Source: an uncultured Planctomycetia bacterium
Lineage (GTDB): Bacteria > Planctomycetota > MHYJ01 > WSZJ01
Length of the DNA: 64,000 nt
Assembly: GCA_963706735.1 (NCBI GenBank)
Contig: CAVPNQ010000116.1
Location: forward strand, 2,704 to 66,703
Direction of reading: 5' to 3'
Part shown: one piece after another, positions 25,313 to 34,974 of the stretch
How positions within the stretch are numbered: the stretch's first letter is position 1
Layout: every line of letters begins with the position of its first letter
Position numbers and translations under genes: made by a program
Notes under the pieces: model-generated
What the model saw: only the letters and a program-made list of their open reading frames with translations
Databases searched by the model: none
Told to the model about the DNA's origin: nothing

Positions 25313-25404
25313 TTCCGCACCGGAAGCCCTTCAATCACGTCGCTCGCCAAAAATCTCGGGCAGGCCACGGAAACCCTCCCGCGGCCTGCCCGGAAGTCCG
25401 CCGC

Positions 25405-26007
25405 CTACGGCTTGCGGCGCTTGTAGGTCATCTCCATCGTCTTCTTCTCGGAGCCTTCCTTGTCGCAGTACATCTCGAGAGTGAATTCGTCCGGGCTCTT
25501 TTCCTTCAGGACGCTTCGCGTGTGCAGGACCTTCTTCGACTCCGGGTCGATCGACTGCCCCTTGAACTCCACGATCTTCCCGTCGTTCTTGCCCTCGCCG
25601 ATGAGGTACATGGAGACCGTGCTGAGCGAGTCGCACCAGAAGCTGCTGTATTTCCCCGTGACGCGGTCGTAGCCGCAGATCTCGAGGCCCTTGAACTTCT
25701 GGCCGTTGAACTCGCCTTCGAACGACTGCTTCACGAAGCGGCCGTCCATGATGACCTCCAGGTCGGCGACTCCCTTGCTGTCGCTCTCGGGCCCCTGGGC
25801 GCTCGCCAGGCAATGCACCTGGACGTCGTAAGTTCCCGCGCGCGCGCCAAGGACGTCGTGCTCCGCCCCTGGCCGCATCCACTCGGGAACATCCTTTTCA
25901 TTCCGCGTGCCCGCGCCGGTGGTCTTGTCTTCCGATCGAAGCGGCATGACGATGCCGACGGTCAGCGCAACCACGGCGGCGGCGCTTAAAGCGATTCTGA
26001 GCTTCAT
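25405..26007 (-). CDS. secreted DUF1579-like protein
   Basis: Signal peptide MKLRIALSAAAVVALTV. The motifs DGRFVKQSFEGEFNGQKFKGLEICGYD..GKYSSFWCDSLST are typical of that family. Confidence 0.65.
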   Translation of the reverse strand: MKLRIALSAAAVVALTVGIVMPLRSEDKTTGAGTRNEKDVPEWMRPGAEHDVLGARAGTYDVQVHCLASAQGPESDSKGVADLEVIMDGRFVKQSFEGEFNGQKFKGLEICGYDRVTGKYSSFWCDSLSTVSMYLIGEGKNDGKIVEFKGQSIDPESKKVLHTRSVLKEKSPDEFTLEMYCDKEGSEKKTMEMTYKRRKP

Positions 26008-26178
26008 GAACATCTCCTGTTCAAACGGGTCCGGTAGGACTTGCCGGGGCCGGGTGGCGATCCGGTAGAAACGCCACGGTCCCGCGGCGAAGCGCCCCTT
26101 GTGGTGCGACTCCAGCGATTCGAGACGATGAAATCGCAAGCCTCGTGCCAGCGAGGACGAGGGCGCCGGACGATACGA

Positions 26179-26730
26179 TTACAGGGAGGGAGCGCTGCCC
26201 CACCACGGCTTATCCACGTCCACATCCGGCGCGGAAATCCGGAACACGGTGATCTCTCCCCCGTTCCTGTCCTCCCGCGTTTCCACACGCAATCCGCCGA
26301 TCTTCTCCATCGCCCGAAGCGACCGCTGGTTTTTCGAGCCGACGCAGAAGAGGACGCTCTTCACGAAGCGGAACGCATGCCCCAGCATCAGGTCCTTCAT
26401 CTCGCGGTTGTAGCGGCCGCCCCAGTGAGACCGCGCGAGAAACGTCCAGCCGATCTCGATCTCGCTCTTTCCCTCGTTGTACCCGGCAAACCGCGACGAC
26501 CCGATCACGCGGCCGTCGCGAACGTCAACCGCGAGGAACGCGCCCCCGGACTCCATCGCGACGCGGAAGAACTCCCGGAAGACCTTCTCCTTCCAACGGT
26601 CGTGCGCCGGGTGCTGCTCCCAGATCAGCGGGTCGGACGCCACGGCGAAGAGCGCTTCGAAGTCGCCGGGCTGGAGCGGCCTGAGCTCGAGGAGTTCGCC
26701 GGTCAACGTGGGCTGGAGCAGGAAGGGCAT
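26179..26730 (-). CDS. GNAT family N-acetyltransferase
   Basis: LRPLQPGDFEALF..., IGWTFLARSHWGGRYNREM and NQRSLRAMEKIG are present. Confidence 0.8.
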   Translation of the reverse strand: MPFLLQPTLTGELLELRPLQPGDFEALFAVASDPLIWEQHPAHDRWKEKVFREFFRVAMESGGAFLAVDVRDGRVIGSSRFAGYNEGKSEIEIGWTFLARSHWGGRYNREMKDLMLGHAFRFVKSVLFCVGSKNQRSLRAMEKIGGLRVETREDRNGGEITVFRISAPDVDVDKPWWGSAPSL

Positions 26731-26830
26731 GCGTTCACTCCTTCGGGGGCCGGGGCAGGCGTGCAAGTTAGAAGCTCAACTTCTAATTTGCACGCATGAT
26801 CAGAATCGCCGGCGGGCCGGATCGCGTTCG

Positions 26831-27883
26831 CTACCCCATCGCCCTCGCGCGGAGCTGCCCGCAGCCCGCGGCGATGTCGATGCCCTTCTCCATCCGCACC
26901 GTGCTCGGCACGCCGTATTCGCGCAGGATTTCCTGGAACGCATCCGACCGTGCGTCGGGCGGGCGGGCGAACGGCCCGCCGTCGGTCGGGTTGACGGGGA
27001 TCAGGTTGACGTGGCACGCGGTCCCCGCGAGCAGTTCTCCCAGCGCGCGCGCCTGCTCCGGCGCGTCGTTCTTCCCCGCCATGAGGACGTACTCGTAAAA
27101 AACCCGCCGCCCCGTGATCTCCGCGTACTGCCGGCAGGCTTCCAGAAGTTCCGCCACCGGGTACCGACGGTTGACCGGCAGGATCGCGGCGCGCGTGGCG
27201 TCGTCGGGGGCGTGAAGCGACACGGCGAGGTGGGTGGCGAGAGGTTCGCGGGCGAAGCGGAGGATTTCGGGGACGAGGCCGACGGTGGAGACGGTGATGC
27301 GGCGGGTGCCGAGGTGGAGGCCGCGGCCGTCGCAGAGGATGGCGATGGCCTTGAGGGTGCGGTCGTAGTTGGCGAAGGGTTCGCCCATCCCCATGAAGAC
27401 GGCGTTGGTGAGCTCCGAATTCTCGGCGCGGGCGATCCGCGCGGCCCAGACCGCCTGCGCGACGATCTCGCCCGCGGAGAGGTTGCGCCGGAACCCCTGC
27501 TGGCCGGTCGCGCAGAACGTGCACCCCATGGCGCACCCGGCCTGCGTGGACACGCAGACCGTGCGGCGGCTGCGGCGGTGGCCGTCGGCCTCGTAACGCA
27601 TCAGCACGGTCTCGATCAGCTCGCCGTCGGGGAGGCGGAAGAGCGCCTTGTCGGTGGATCCGTCCGCAGAAGTGCGGTGCACGACGGTCTCCAGCGGGTC
27701 GATCGAGAACCGCGCTTCCAGCCCTCCGGCCTTCCCGAACGTGGTCGCGCCTTCGCGGTGGATCGACTTGAAAAGCTGCTCCGCCGCGGGGCGCTTGAGC
27801 CCGTGCTCGGCCGCGGCCGCGACGAGTTCGTCGCGGGAGAGGTCGAGGACGGTGGGCTGTGATGCGGGCGAGCCAGTTGCCAT
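26831..27883 (-). CDS. rlmN: 23S rRNA/tRNA (adenine-C2)-methyltransferase, radical SAM
   Basis: CVSTQAGCAMGCTFCATGQQG, NAVFMGMGEPFANY, STVGL, LAVSLHA and NLIPVNP are present. The start MATGSP is at 27883. Confidence 0.9.
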   Translation of the reverse strand: MATGSPASQPTVLDLSRDELVAAAAEHGLKRPAAEQLFKSIHREGATTFGKAGGLEARFSIDPLETVVHRTSADGSTDKALFRLPDGELIETVLMRYEADGHRRSRRTVCVSTQAGCAMGCTFCATGQQGFRRNLSAGEIVAQAVWAARIARAENSELTNAVFMGMGEPFANYDRTLKAIAILCDGRGLHLGTRRITVSTVGLVPEILRFAREPLATHLAVSLHAPDDATRAAILPVNRRYPVAELLEACRQYAEITGRRVFYEYVLMAGKNDAPEQARALGELLAGTACHVNLIPVNPTDGGPFARPPDARSDAFQEILREYGVPSTVRMEKGIDIAAGCGQLRARAMG

Positions 27884-27954
27884 GTCGCCGGATTCTACAG
27901 GTTCTCGCGCGAGGGGCTCGAATGGCATGCCCGGCGCAGCTTTCCTGTCCTTTT

Positions 27955-28015
27955 TTTCTCTCTTTTGCTTTTGGCGTTTGGCTTTGTGTTTCGCCGTTTT
28001 GAGTTTGCCCTTTCG
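27955..28015. repeat. CAAA-rich 60-bp dispersed repeat (copy 2, inverted)
   Basis: Its reverse complement CGAAAGGGCAAACTCAAAACGGCGAAACACAAAGCCAAACGCCAAAAGCAAAAGAGAGAAA matches 13008-13067. Confidence 0.8.
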
Positions 28016-28142
28016 GGGCCCGGATAAACGCCAGACACAGGAACCGTACCCGGCGCCATCAATCCGCCTGAACTCGGATCGTGAATAGTCCCCGTTCCTA
28101 TCTGTTAGGGATCGCCGCCCCTTCGGGTACATTTCCCGCCCC

Positions 28143-29585
28143 ATGCGCAGGATCATTCTGGCCTACGTCGTCGCCGTGGCGCTCTTCGCGATCGGTATCA
28201 CGTTCGCCCTCCGCGCCGGTCGCGGACTCCCCTCCCCTGCCCAAGCCCCGGGCGCCTCGGCCCACGCCGCAGTACAGCCTGCGGAAGCGCCGCCGCTGTG
28301 GTCCGGGCTGCGCGAGAATGCACGCGATCCCCTCAGCCGGCTGCTGCTCCAGTTCATCGTCATCATCCTGGCCGCGCGCGGCATGGGCTGGCTCTTCACG
28401 CGCATCGGCCAGCCGTCGGTCATCGGGGAAATCGCCGCCGGGATCCTGCTCGGCCCCTCGCTTCTCGGCTGGATCTGGCCGGACGCCGTCGCGTTCGTCT
28501 TCGCGAAGGACTCGCTGGGCACGCTCCGACTCTTCAGCCAGATCGGCGTCTGCGTGTTCATGTTCGTCGTCGGCATGGAGCTCAAGGTTTCGCACCTGCG
28601 CGACAAGGCGCACACCGCGGTCGTCATCAGCCACGCGGGGATCATGGTCCCGTACCTGCTCGGGGTCACGGCGTCGATCTTCCTGTACACGCACTTCGCG
28701 GGCCGGGGCACGACGTTCCCCGAGTTCGCGCTGTTCATGGGGATCGCCATGAGCATCACGGCGTTCCCCGTGCTCGTCCGCATCCTCGAGGAACGGGGAA
28801 TGGACAAGACGTTCCTGGGGAGCACCGCGATCACCTGCGCCGCCGTCGAGGACGCAACCGCGTGGGCGGTCCTCGCCTTCGTCGTCGCCATGGTCCGCGC
28901 CACCGGGCTCTCCTCGACGTTCTTCAACCTGGCGCTCGTCGCCGTCTTCGTCGCGGTCATGCTCGGCGGCGTCCGGCCGCTGCTGCAGCGGAGGATGGAA
29001 GCGGTGCCGGAGGGGCAATCCCCGTCCCGTGGTCTCATCGCGGCGGTTCTCGTGTTTATGAGCGCGTGCGCGCTGGCGACCGAGGTCATCGGCATCCACG
29101 CGATCTTCGGCGCGTTCCTCGCCGGCGTCGTCATGCCGCGCCGGAAGGCCTTCCGCGACGACCTCACCCTCCGGCTCGGGAACTTCAGCAGCGTCTTCCT
29201 CCTGCCGCTCTTCTTCGCCTTCAGCGGCCTGCGCACGCAGATCGGCCTCCTCAACGACGCCGCGAGCTGGCTGATCGCCCTCGCCATCATCGGCGTCGCC
29301 GTCGCAGGCAAGCTCGGCGGCTGCATGCTCACCGCCCGCTTCACCGGCCTCTCCTGGCTCGACTCCTTCTCGATCGGTGCGCTCATGAACACCCGCGGCC
29401 TCGTCGAGCTCATCGCCCTCAACATCGGCTACGACCTCGGGATCCTCCCCCCGCGCATCTTCACCATGATGGTCCTCATGGCCCTCGCGACGACGTTCAT
29501 GACAGGGCCGCTGCTCAGCGTGGCGGAGAGATTGAAGCGCCGTGCGGCTGCGAATCCGCCACCGGGGACTGCGCCGGCCGCTTAA
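28143..29585 (+). CDS. monovalent cation:proton antiporter (CPA2/Kef-type membrane domain)
   Basis: A polytopic 480-aa protein with QPSVIGEIAAGILLGPS, FMFVVGMEL and NTRGLVELI motifs. Confidence 0.85.
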   Translation: MRRIILAYVVAVALFAIGITFALRAGRGLPSPAQAPGASAHAAVQPAEAPPLWSGLRENARDPLSRLLLQFIVIILAARGMGWLFTRIGQPSVIGEIAAGILLGPSLLGWIWPDAVAFVFAKDSLGTLRLFSQIGVCVFMFVVGMELKVSHLRDKAHTAVVISHAGIMVPYLLGVTASIFLYTHFAGRGTTFPEFALFMGIAMSITAFPVLVRILEERGMDKTFLGSTAITCAAVEDATAWAVLAFVVAMVRATGLSSTFFNLALVAVFVAVMLGGVRPLLQRRMEAVPEGQSPSRGLIAAVLVFMSACALATEVIGIHAIFGAFLAGVVMPRRKAFRDDLTLRLGNFSSVFLLPLFFAFSGLRTQIGLLNDAASWLIALAIIGVAVAGKLGGCMLTARFTGLSWLDSFSIGALMNTRGLVELIALNIGYDLGILPPRIFTMMVLMALATTFMTGPLLSVAERLKRRAAANPPPGTAPAA

Positions 29586-29619
29586 GTTGATACTCCGAAC
29601 GGCTCGCGAGATCGGCAGC

Positions 29620-29736
29620 GCCCTTAACCTTAACCTTTCCCTTTCCCTTTTCCTTTCCCGGCCTTTCGCCTGTGAGAAACGGCGGGTTAAGGAAAAGGGA
29701 AAGGTAAAGGTTAAGGGGCGCCGGCTTTGCCGGCGC
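29620..29736. repeat. long hairpin (CCCTTAACC family, copy 2) plus the 19-nt GC hairpin
   Basis: GCCCTTAACCTTAACCTTTCCCTTTCCCTTTTCCTTTCCC pairs with GGGTTAAGGAAAAGGGAAAGGTAAAGGTTAAGGGGC. It is followed by GCGCCGGCTTTGCCGGCGC, the exact reverse complement of 14645-14663. Confidence 0.8.
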
Positions 29737-29791
29737 GGGGACGAGAATGAGATCGTGTGGCGATTCCCTGACGTTGAGACACAATCGCGGC

Positions 29792-30340
29792 ATGCCCATC
29801 GATCCCTCCACCCCCGAACTCTGGGGCAAAGTCATTTCCGCCGCGGTCGTCCCCGTCGTCATGATCTCCGCCTGCGGGCTGCTCTGCCTGGCGCTTTACA
29901 ACCGGCTGACCGCCGTTTTCACGCGGCTGCGGGCGCTCGCGCACGAGGCCTTGGAGGACCAGGACGCTCTGGTAACCCGAGCGCGAACCGAAACGCAGCG
30001 CTGGCCGCGACAGCGAGCGCGCATCCGGTCGGACGCGCGCCAGAGGCAGGCGGACGAGCTGCTGGTCAAGGCGCGGCTGCTGCGCCGCGCGGTCGCGTTG
30101 AACCTGGTCGCGATCGCGTTCATGCTGCTGTGCTCGCTCGCGGTCGGCGCCGGAGTGCTCTTCCCTGCCGTGTTCTACGCCGCTGCGGCGCTGTTCGTCG
30201 CCGGAATCCTCTGCGCGCTCGCGGCGGTCGGGTTCGCGCTCGCCGAACTTCGCGGGGCGCTCGACTCGATCCTCATGGAACACGGCCTCGTCGTCCGCCT
30301 CGGCAAAGAACTCCCCGACGACGGCCCCGCTTCCCCCTGA
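29792..30340 (+). CDS. DUF2721-like membrane protein
   Basis: TM helices flank an Arg-rich amphipathic segment. The start MPIDPS is at 29792. Confidence 0.55.
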   Translation: MPIDPSTPELWGKVISAAVVPVVMISACGLLCLALYNRLTAVFTRLRALAHEALEDQDALVTRARTETQRWPRQRARIRSDARQRQADELLVKARLLRRAVALNLVAIAFMLLCSLAVGAGVLFPAVFYAAAALFVAGILCALAAVGFALAELRGALDSILMEHGLVVRLGKELPDDGPASP

Positions 30341-30343
30341 CCT

Positions 30344-31699
30344 TTAGCGCGCGCCGATCTCCTCGAGCTGCGCGGTGAAATGCCGAAGCGCCCTGGGCTC
30401 CTTCACGATCCGGAGGCCCTTGAGTTCCTTCGCCCTCTTGAACAGCGCGATGGCGTGGCGGGCGACGTACTCGAGATGCGTGTTGGTGTACGCGCGCCGC
30501 GGAATGGCGAGCCGCACGAGGTCCATGCGGCACGTCTCGGAGCCCTTCCCGAACATGAGCGTGCCGATTTCGCACGAGCGGACGCCGGACTCGAGGTAGA
30601 GGGCGCAGACGAGGGCCTGGCCGGGGAATTCGAGGGGGGGGATGTGGGGGAGGAAGGCGCGGGCGTCGATGAAGACGGCGTGGCCGCCGGCGGGCATGAC
30701 GACGGGGACGCCTCCGGCCTGGAGGAGTTCGGCGAGGTAGCGGACCTGGCCGGTGCGGTAGGCAAGGTAGGATTCGTCGAGGCCTTCCTCGAGACCGACG
30801 GCGATGGCGGCGAGGTCGCGGCGGGCGAGGCCGCCGTACGTCGGGAACCCCTCGACGAGGATCAGCCGCTGCTTGACGAGGTCGGACAGATCCCGGTCGC
30901 GGCAGGCGAAGAACCCGCCCGTGTTCGAAAGGCCGTCCTTCTTGCAGCTCATCGTCGCGCCGTCGGCCAGGTCGAACATCGCGCGGGCGATCTCGCGCAC
31001 CGGCCGGTGGTCCTCGTTCTGGTGGATGAACCACGCGTTCTCGGCATACCGGCACGCGTCCAGATAGAACGGGATCTTCCGCTTCCGGCACTCCGCCGAC
31101 ACCGCCTTGAGGTCGGCCAGCGACACCGGCTGCCCGCCGCCTGCGTTGTTCGTCACCGTGCACATCACGAACGGCACCCGCTCCGTGTCCAGCACGCGCC
31201 GCAGTTTCGGCAGGTAAATGTTCCCCTTCGACTCGCACGGGAACGACGCGTCGAACGCGCATTCGCACACGCAGTCCACCGGCTTCCCGCCCGCCGCTTC
31301 AATGTTGGCGCGCGTCGTGTCGAAGTGCGAGTTGCTCGGGATGACGTCGCCGGGCTTCACGATCTGCGAGAAGAGCACGTGCTCCGCGCCGCGCCCCTGG
31401 TGCGTCGGGATGACGTGCTCGTACCCCGTGATCCCCCGCACCGTCGCCTCGAACTTCGCGAACGACCGGCTCCCCGCGTACGCCTCGTCCCCCAGCATCA
31501 GCGCCGCCCACTGCGCGTCGCTCATCGCCGCCCCGCCGCTGTCCGTCAGCAGGTCCACCATCACCATGTCGCTCGACAGCCCGAACAGGTTGCGCCCCGC
31601 GGCCTCCAGCGCCCGCACCCGCTCCTCGCGCGTCGTCACGCGCACGTGCTCGATCGATTTGATGCGGAAGGGTTCCAGCGGGGGCATGGGAGTCGTCAT
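30344..31699 (-). CDS. beta-eliminating lyase (tryptophanase / tyrosine phenol-lyase family)
   Basis: EPFRIKSIE, DLLTDSGGAAMS, GDEAYAGS, PTHQGRGAE, NNAGGQPVS, the PLP-lysine region SCKKDG, FPTYGGL and LRHFTA are collinear with TnaA/TPL as remembered. Confidence 0.9.
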   Translation of the reverse strand: MTTPMPPLEPFRIKSIEHVRVTTREERVRALEAAGRNLFGLSSDMVMVDLLTDSGGAAMSDAQWAALMLGDEAYAGSRSFAKFEATVRGITGYEHVIPTHQGRGAEHVLFSQIVKPGDVIPSNSHFDTTRANIEAAGGKPVDCVCECAFDASFPCESKGNIYLPKLRRVLDTERVPFVMCTVTNNAGGGQPVSLADLKAVSAECRKRKIPFYLDACRYAENAWFIHQNEDHRPVREIARAMFDLADGATMSCKKDGLSNTGGFFACRDRDLSDLVKQRLILVEGFPTYGGLARRDLAAIAVGLEEGLDESYLAYRTGQVRYLAELLQAGGVPVVMPAGGHAVFIDARAFLPHIPPLEFPGQALVCALYLESGVRSCEIGTLMFGKGSETCRMDLVRLAIPRRAYTNTHLEYVARHAIALFKRAKELKGLRIVKEPRALRHFTAQLEEIGAR

Positions 31700-31889
31700 C
31701 GGGGTGAAACCGCCATGGAGTTTCACTTCCCGCGCGCAAGGGTCGTGCCGGGTTCGCGCAGACTTCCGCAACACGCGGTCAGCAGCCGCTGTGCCGCGCG
31801 AAATTCCGCTTCGACCGCGCACTATTGCGCATTCGTTTACTAATATGCTTAACTATCCGCCTTCCATTCCATCCACTCCCAGGAGCACC

Positions 31890-32444
31890 ATGACGCAGGA
31901 AGCCCCCGCCCGCCGCATCGCCCGCGACCTCCATATGCTCTCCGACCTCACCCGCCGCATCCTCGAGCCCGAAGTCCACGACGACAGCGGCGACGGCGCC
32001 TCCTTCACCCAGATCGTCATCCTCAAGTGGCTCGACGCCGCGGGCCCCCGCCGCGCCCAGGACGTCGCCAAGTACCTCTCCTCCTCCGCCCCCGCCGCCA
32101 CCCAGCTCATCGGCCGCCTCCGCCGCAAGGGCCTCGTCACCAGCAAGCCCAGCACCACCGACGGCCGCGCCGAGGACCTCTTCGTGACCTCCAAGGCCCG
32201 CGCCCTCGTGCGCCGGCATGAAACGCTCAAAATGAAGCGCCTCGAGCGCCTCTGGAGCGCGCTTCCCGAGTCCCGGCGCAAGCTTGTGGCGCAGGGGCTG
32301 GAAGCGGCGATCGACCTGCTGCTGGCGGACAAGCCCGTGGGTGCGGACATGTGCCTGCACTGCGGGGCGTACGATTCGCCGAACTGCGTGATGAAGAGCC
32401 ACGGGTTCAGCTGCCCGACGGAGAGCTGCCCGGCGGGCCGGTAA
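31890..32444 (+). CDS. MarR-family transcriptional regulator with a Cys-rich C-terminal tail
   Basis: AGGAG SD. The winged-helix region is SFTQIVILKWLDAAGPRRAQDVAKYLSSSAPAATQLIGRLRRKGLV. The tail is CLHCGAYDSPNCVMKSHGFSCPTESC. Confidence 0.75.
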   Translation: MTQEAPARRIARDLHMLSDLTRRILEPEVHDDSGDGASFTQIVILKWLDAAGPRRAQDVAKYLSSSAPAATQLIGRLRRKGLVTSKPSTTDGRAEDLFVTSKARALVRRHETLKMKRLERLWSALPESRRKLVAQGLEAAIDLLLADKPVGADMCLHCGAYDSPNCVMKSHGFSCPTESCPAGR

Positions 32445-32522
32445 AGCCGAAAGACGGGTCTGCGGATGCTGGCGGGAATATAGTTAATCAGCTAGCCTAC
32501 ATAAAAGACCCCGGCATCCGGC

Positions 32523-33680
32523 TTGCAGGAGAAGACGCCCGTGGAAACAGCCCCCGCCGTAGAGCAGGCACGCGCGATCCTGGCCGCCGGCCTCGCTCCC
32601 GCCCTGAAGCGCTCCGACGCCCCCGCATACGGGGTGTTCCCCGTCTACTCCCCCTACGAAATCTACCGCGCCGCGGGCCTCTTCCCCGTCGGCCTCATGG
32701 GCGCGGGCGGCCAGATCGACATCGTCCACGCCGACGCGCGCTTCCAGTCCTTCGTCTGCTCCATCGCCAAGTCCTCGCTGGAGCTGGGGTTACAGAAGAA
32801 GCTGGCGGGGATGGAGGGGGCGGTCTTCCACTCGATCTGCGACGTGGCGCGGAACCTGGCGAGCGTGTTCAAGCGCAACTTTCCCGGGATGCACATCGAG
32901 TTCATCCACCTGCCGCAGAACGCGGCGGGGCCGGAGGCCGAGGACTACCTGGTGTGCGAGTACCGGCGGGTGATGACGGGGCTGGAGCAGAAGCTGGGGC
33001 GGAAGGTGAACGACGAGGCGCTGTCGGCGGCGATCCGGGAGTACAACCGGCCGCGGCGGCTGATGCGCGAGCTGTACGCGATGCGGACGAAGGAGCCCGA
33101 GCGGATCGCGACGTCGGAGATGTTCCCGCTGGTCCGCGCCGGCACGATGCTCCCGGCGGACGAGCACGCCCGGCTCCTCGAGGCCGCGAAGGCGGAGTTC
33201 GAGGCGCGGAAGCCGCGGCGGATGGACCGCGTCAAGGTGGTAGTGGAAGGGGCGTTCTGCGAGCAGCCGCCGGTCGGGCTGATCGAGACGCTCGAGGGCG
33301 CGGGGTGTTACGTCGTGGACGACGACTTCTGCGCCGGCTGGCGGTGGTTCTCGAGGGACGTCCCGGAGGGACCCGACCCGGTCCGGCAACTGGCCCGCGC
33401 GTACCTCGAGACCGGCCGCGCCACCTCGACGCGCTTCAATCCCGGCAAACCCCGGCACAAGGACCTGGTTCGCCGAGTCCGCGAGACGGGCGCGCACGCC
33501 GTGCTCTTCATGCCGGCGAAGTTCTGCGAGCCGGCGCTGTTCGACTACGTGATTTTCCGGCGCGAGCTCGAGAAGGAGAACATCCCCCACCTCATGGTGG
33601 AGTTCGAGGAAAAGATGTGGACGTTCGAGCGCACGCGCGGCGAGGTCGAGACGTTCGTTGAATCCCTCCTGTTCGATTAG
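32523..33680 (+). CDS. benzoyl-CoA reductase / 2-hydroxyacyl-CoA dehydratase family subunit (BcrC/BzdN-like)
   Basis: Family signatures YSPYEIYRAAGLFPVGL, FVCSIAKSSLE, ICDVARN and KFCEPALFDY. The ORF-track start is a TTG, so the true start is uncertain. Confidence 0.8.
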   Translation: MQEKTPVETAPAVEQARAILAAGLAPALKRSDAPAYGVFPVYSPYEIYRAAGLFPVGLMGAGGQIDIVHADARFQSFVCSIAKSSLELGLQKKLAGMEGAVFHSICDVARNLASVFKRNFPGMHIEFIHLPQNAAGPEAEDYLVCEYRRVMTGLEQKLGRKVNDEALSAAIREYNRPRRLMRELYAMRTKEPERIATSEMFPLVRAGTMLPADEHARLLEAAKAEFEARKPRRMDRVKVVVEGAFCEQPPVGLIETLEGAGCYVVDDDFCAGWRWFSRDVPEGPDPVRQLARAYLETGRATSTRFNPGKPRHKDLVRRVRETGAHAVLFMPAKFCEPALFDYVIFRRELEKENIPHLMVEFEEKMWTFERTRGEVETFVESLLFD

Positions 33681-33689
33681 AGAGGCCCC

Positions 33690-34955
33690 ATGGCGGACTA
33701 CGGCACGGCGGTTCACGAGGCGTCCCGCAAGGCGATGGGGGCGTGGTACGACCGGCTCGCGGTCGCCGCGAAGACCGGGTCCCCGTCGGCGTACATCATG
33801 ATCGCCGGGAACTGCGTCGAGATCCTGCGCGCGTTCGACATCGAGCCCGTCTTCCCCGAGGTCAACGCCCTTCAGCTCGCCATCCGCAAGCAGTCCCTCC
33901 CCCTCATTCTCAAGGCCGAGGAAATGGGGTACTCGAGCGACAACTGCGCGTACGTGAAGGCGGACGCGGGGTTCACGTTCGGCGAGGGGGCGCCCGGGGA
34001 CGGCAAGATCCCGAAGCCGACGTTCATCGTGTGCAACTTCGTCGGCTGCAACGTGTACATCAAGTGGTTCGAGCACTGCTCCGAGTTCCTGAACGTCCCG
34101 CTGACCATGCTCGACGTCCCGTTCGTGCGCGGCGACCGCCCTTCCGACGGCGACGTGCGCTACGTGGTCGCCCAGCTCAAGAACCTCATCGCCGCGTGCG
34201 AGCAGGCGACCGGGAAGAAGTTCGACATCGACAAGCTGCGCGAGATCTGCCGGCTGTCGGCGAAGGCGGAGGAGGGGTGGCAGAAGTGCAAAGACCTCTG
34301 CAAGAACACGCCCTCCCCGATGGACGCGTACTTCGACGCCATCAATCTCATGGGGCCGATCAACGTGCTGCGCGGCACGCAGGACGCCGTGGATTTCTTC
34401 GACGTGGCCGTGCGCGAGTACGAGGCGCTGGTGAAGGACAAGAAGGGCCCGATCCCGCAGGAAAAGTTCCGGATCGTCGTCGAGGGGCCGCCGCCGTACC
34501 CGTTCTACCGCCAGTTCCGCGACCTCTTCGCGGCCTGGGGCGCCGTGGCGGTGCAGTCCACCTACTCCACCGTCGGCGGCATCTGGGAATTCGGATTCCG
34601 TCACGACCCGAAGAACCCGCTGGAGTCGATCGCCGAGCAGATGCTGATGGAGAACCTCTGCAACCGCTCGCTTCTCGACCGCTACAAGCAGATCCGCCGC
34701 TACGTCGAGGAGTGGAAGGCCGACGCGCTGGTGATTCATTCCGTGAAGAGCTGCCGTCTGTTCTCCGCGGGCCAGGGAGACATGCGCGACTACTTCGCCA
34801 ACGAGCTCGGCGTCCCCACGCTGCTGGTGGAGTCGGACCTCGAGGATCCGCGCTACTACGCGCAGGCCATGATGAAGAACCGCATCGACGCGTTCTTCGA
34901 GTCGCTGGAGCACCGCAAGCTTCTGAAGAGACCCCAGGGCCGGACGACGGCCTGA
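33690..34955 (+). CDS. benzoyl-CoA reductase / 2-hydroxyacyl-CoA dehydratase family subunit (BcrB/BzdO-like)
   Basis: [38 protein letters not shown] and [16 protein letters not shown] are present. Confidence 0.8.
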   Translation: MADYGTAVHEASRKAMGAWYDRLAVAAKTGSPSAYIMIAGNCVEILRAFDIEPVFPEVNALQLAIRKQSLPLILKAEEMGYSSDNCAYVKADAGFTFGEGAPGDGKIPKPTFIVCNFVGCNVYIKWFEHCSEFLNVPLTMLDVPFVRGDRPSDGDVRYVVAQLKNLIAACEQATGKKFDIDKLREICRLSAKAEEGWQKCKDLCKNTPSPMDAYFDAINLMGPINVLRGTQDAVDFFDVAVREYEALVKDKKGPIPQEKFRIVVEGPPPYPFYRQFRDLFAAWGAVAVQSTYSTVGGIWEFGFRHDPKNPLESIAEQMLMENLCNRSLLDRYKQIRRYVEEWKADALVIHSVKSCRLFSAGQGDMRDYFANELGVPTLLVESDLEDPRYYAQAMMKNRIDAFFESLEHRKLLKRPQGRTTA

Positions 34956-34974
34956 CGGAACAGGAGAAGACACG

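Noticed and set aside
31218-31889. A long N-terminal extension of the MarR ORF (the 408-aa version).
   Set aside because: The extension is antisense to the tryptophanase/TPL gene. The ATG at 31890 has an AGGAG SD and yields a normal-sized MarR protein.
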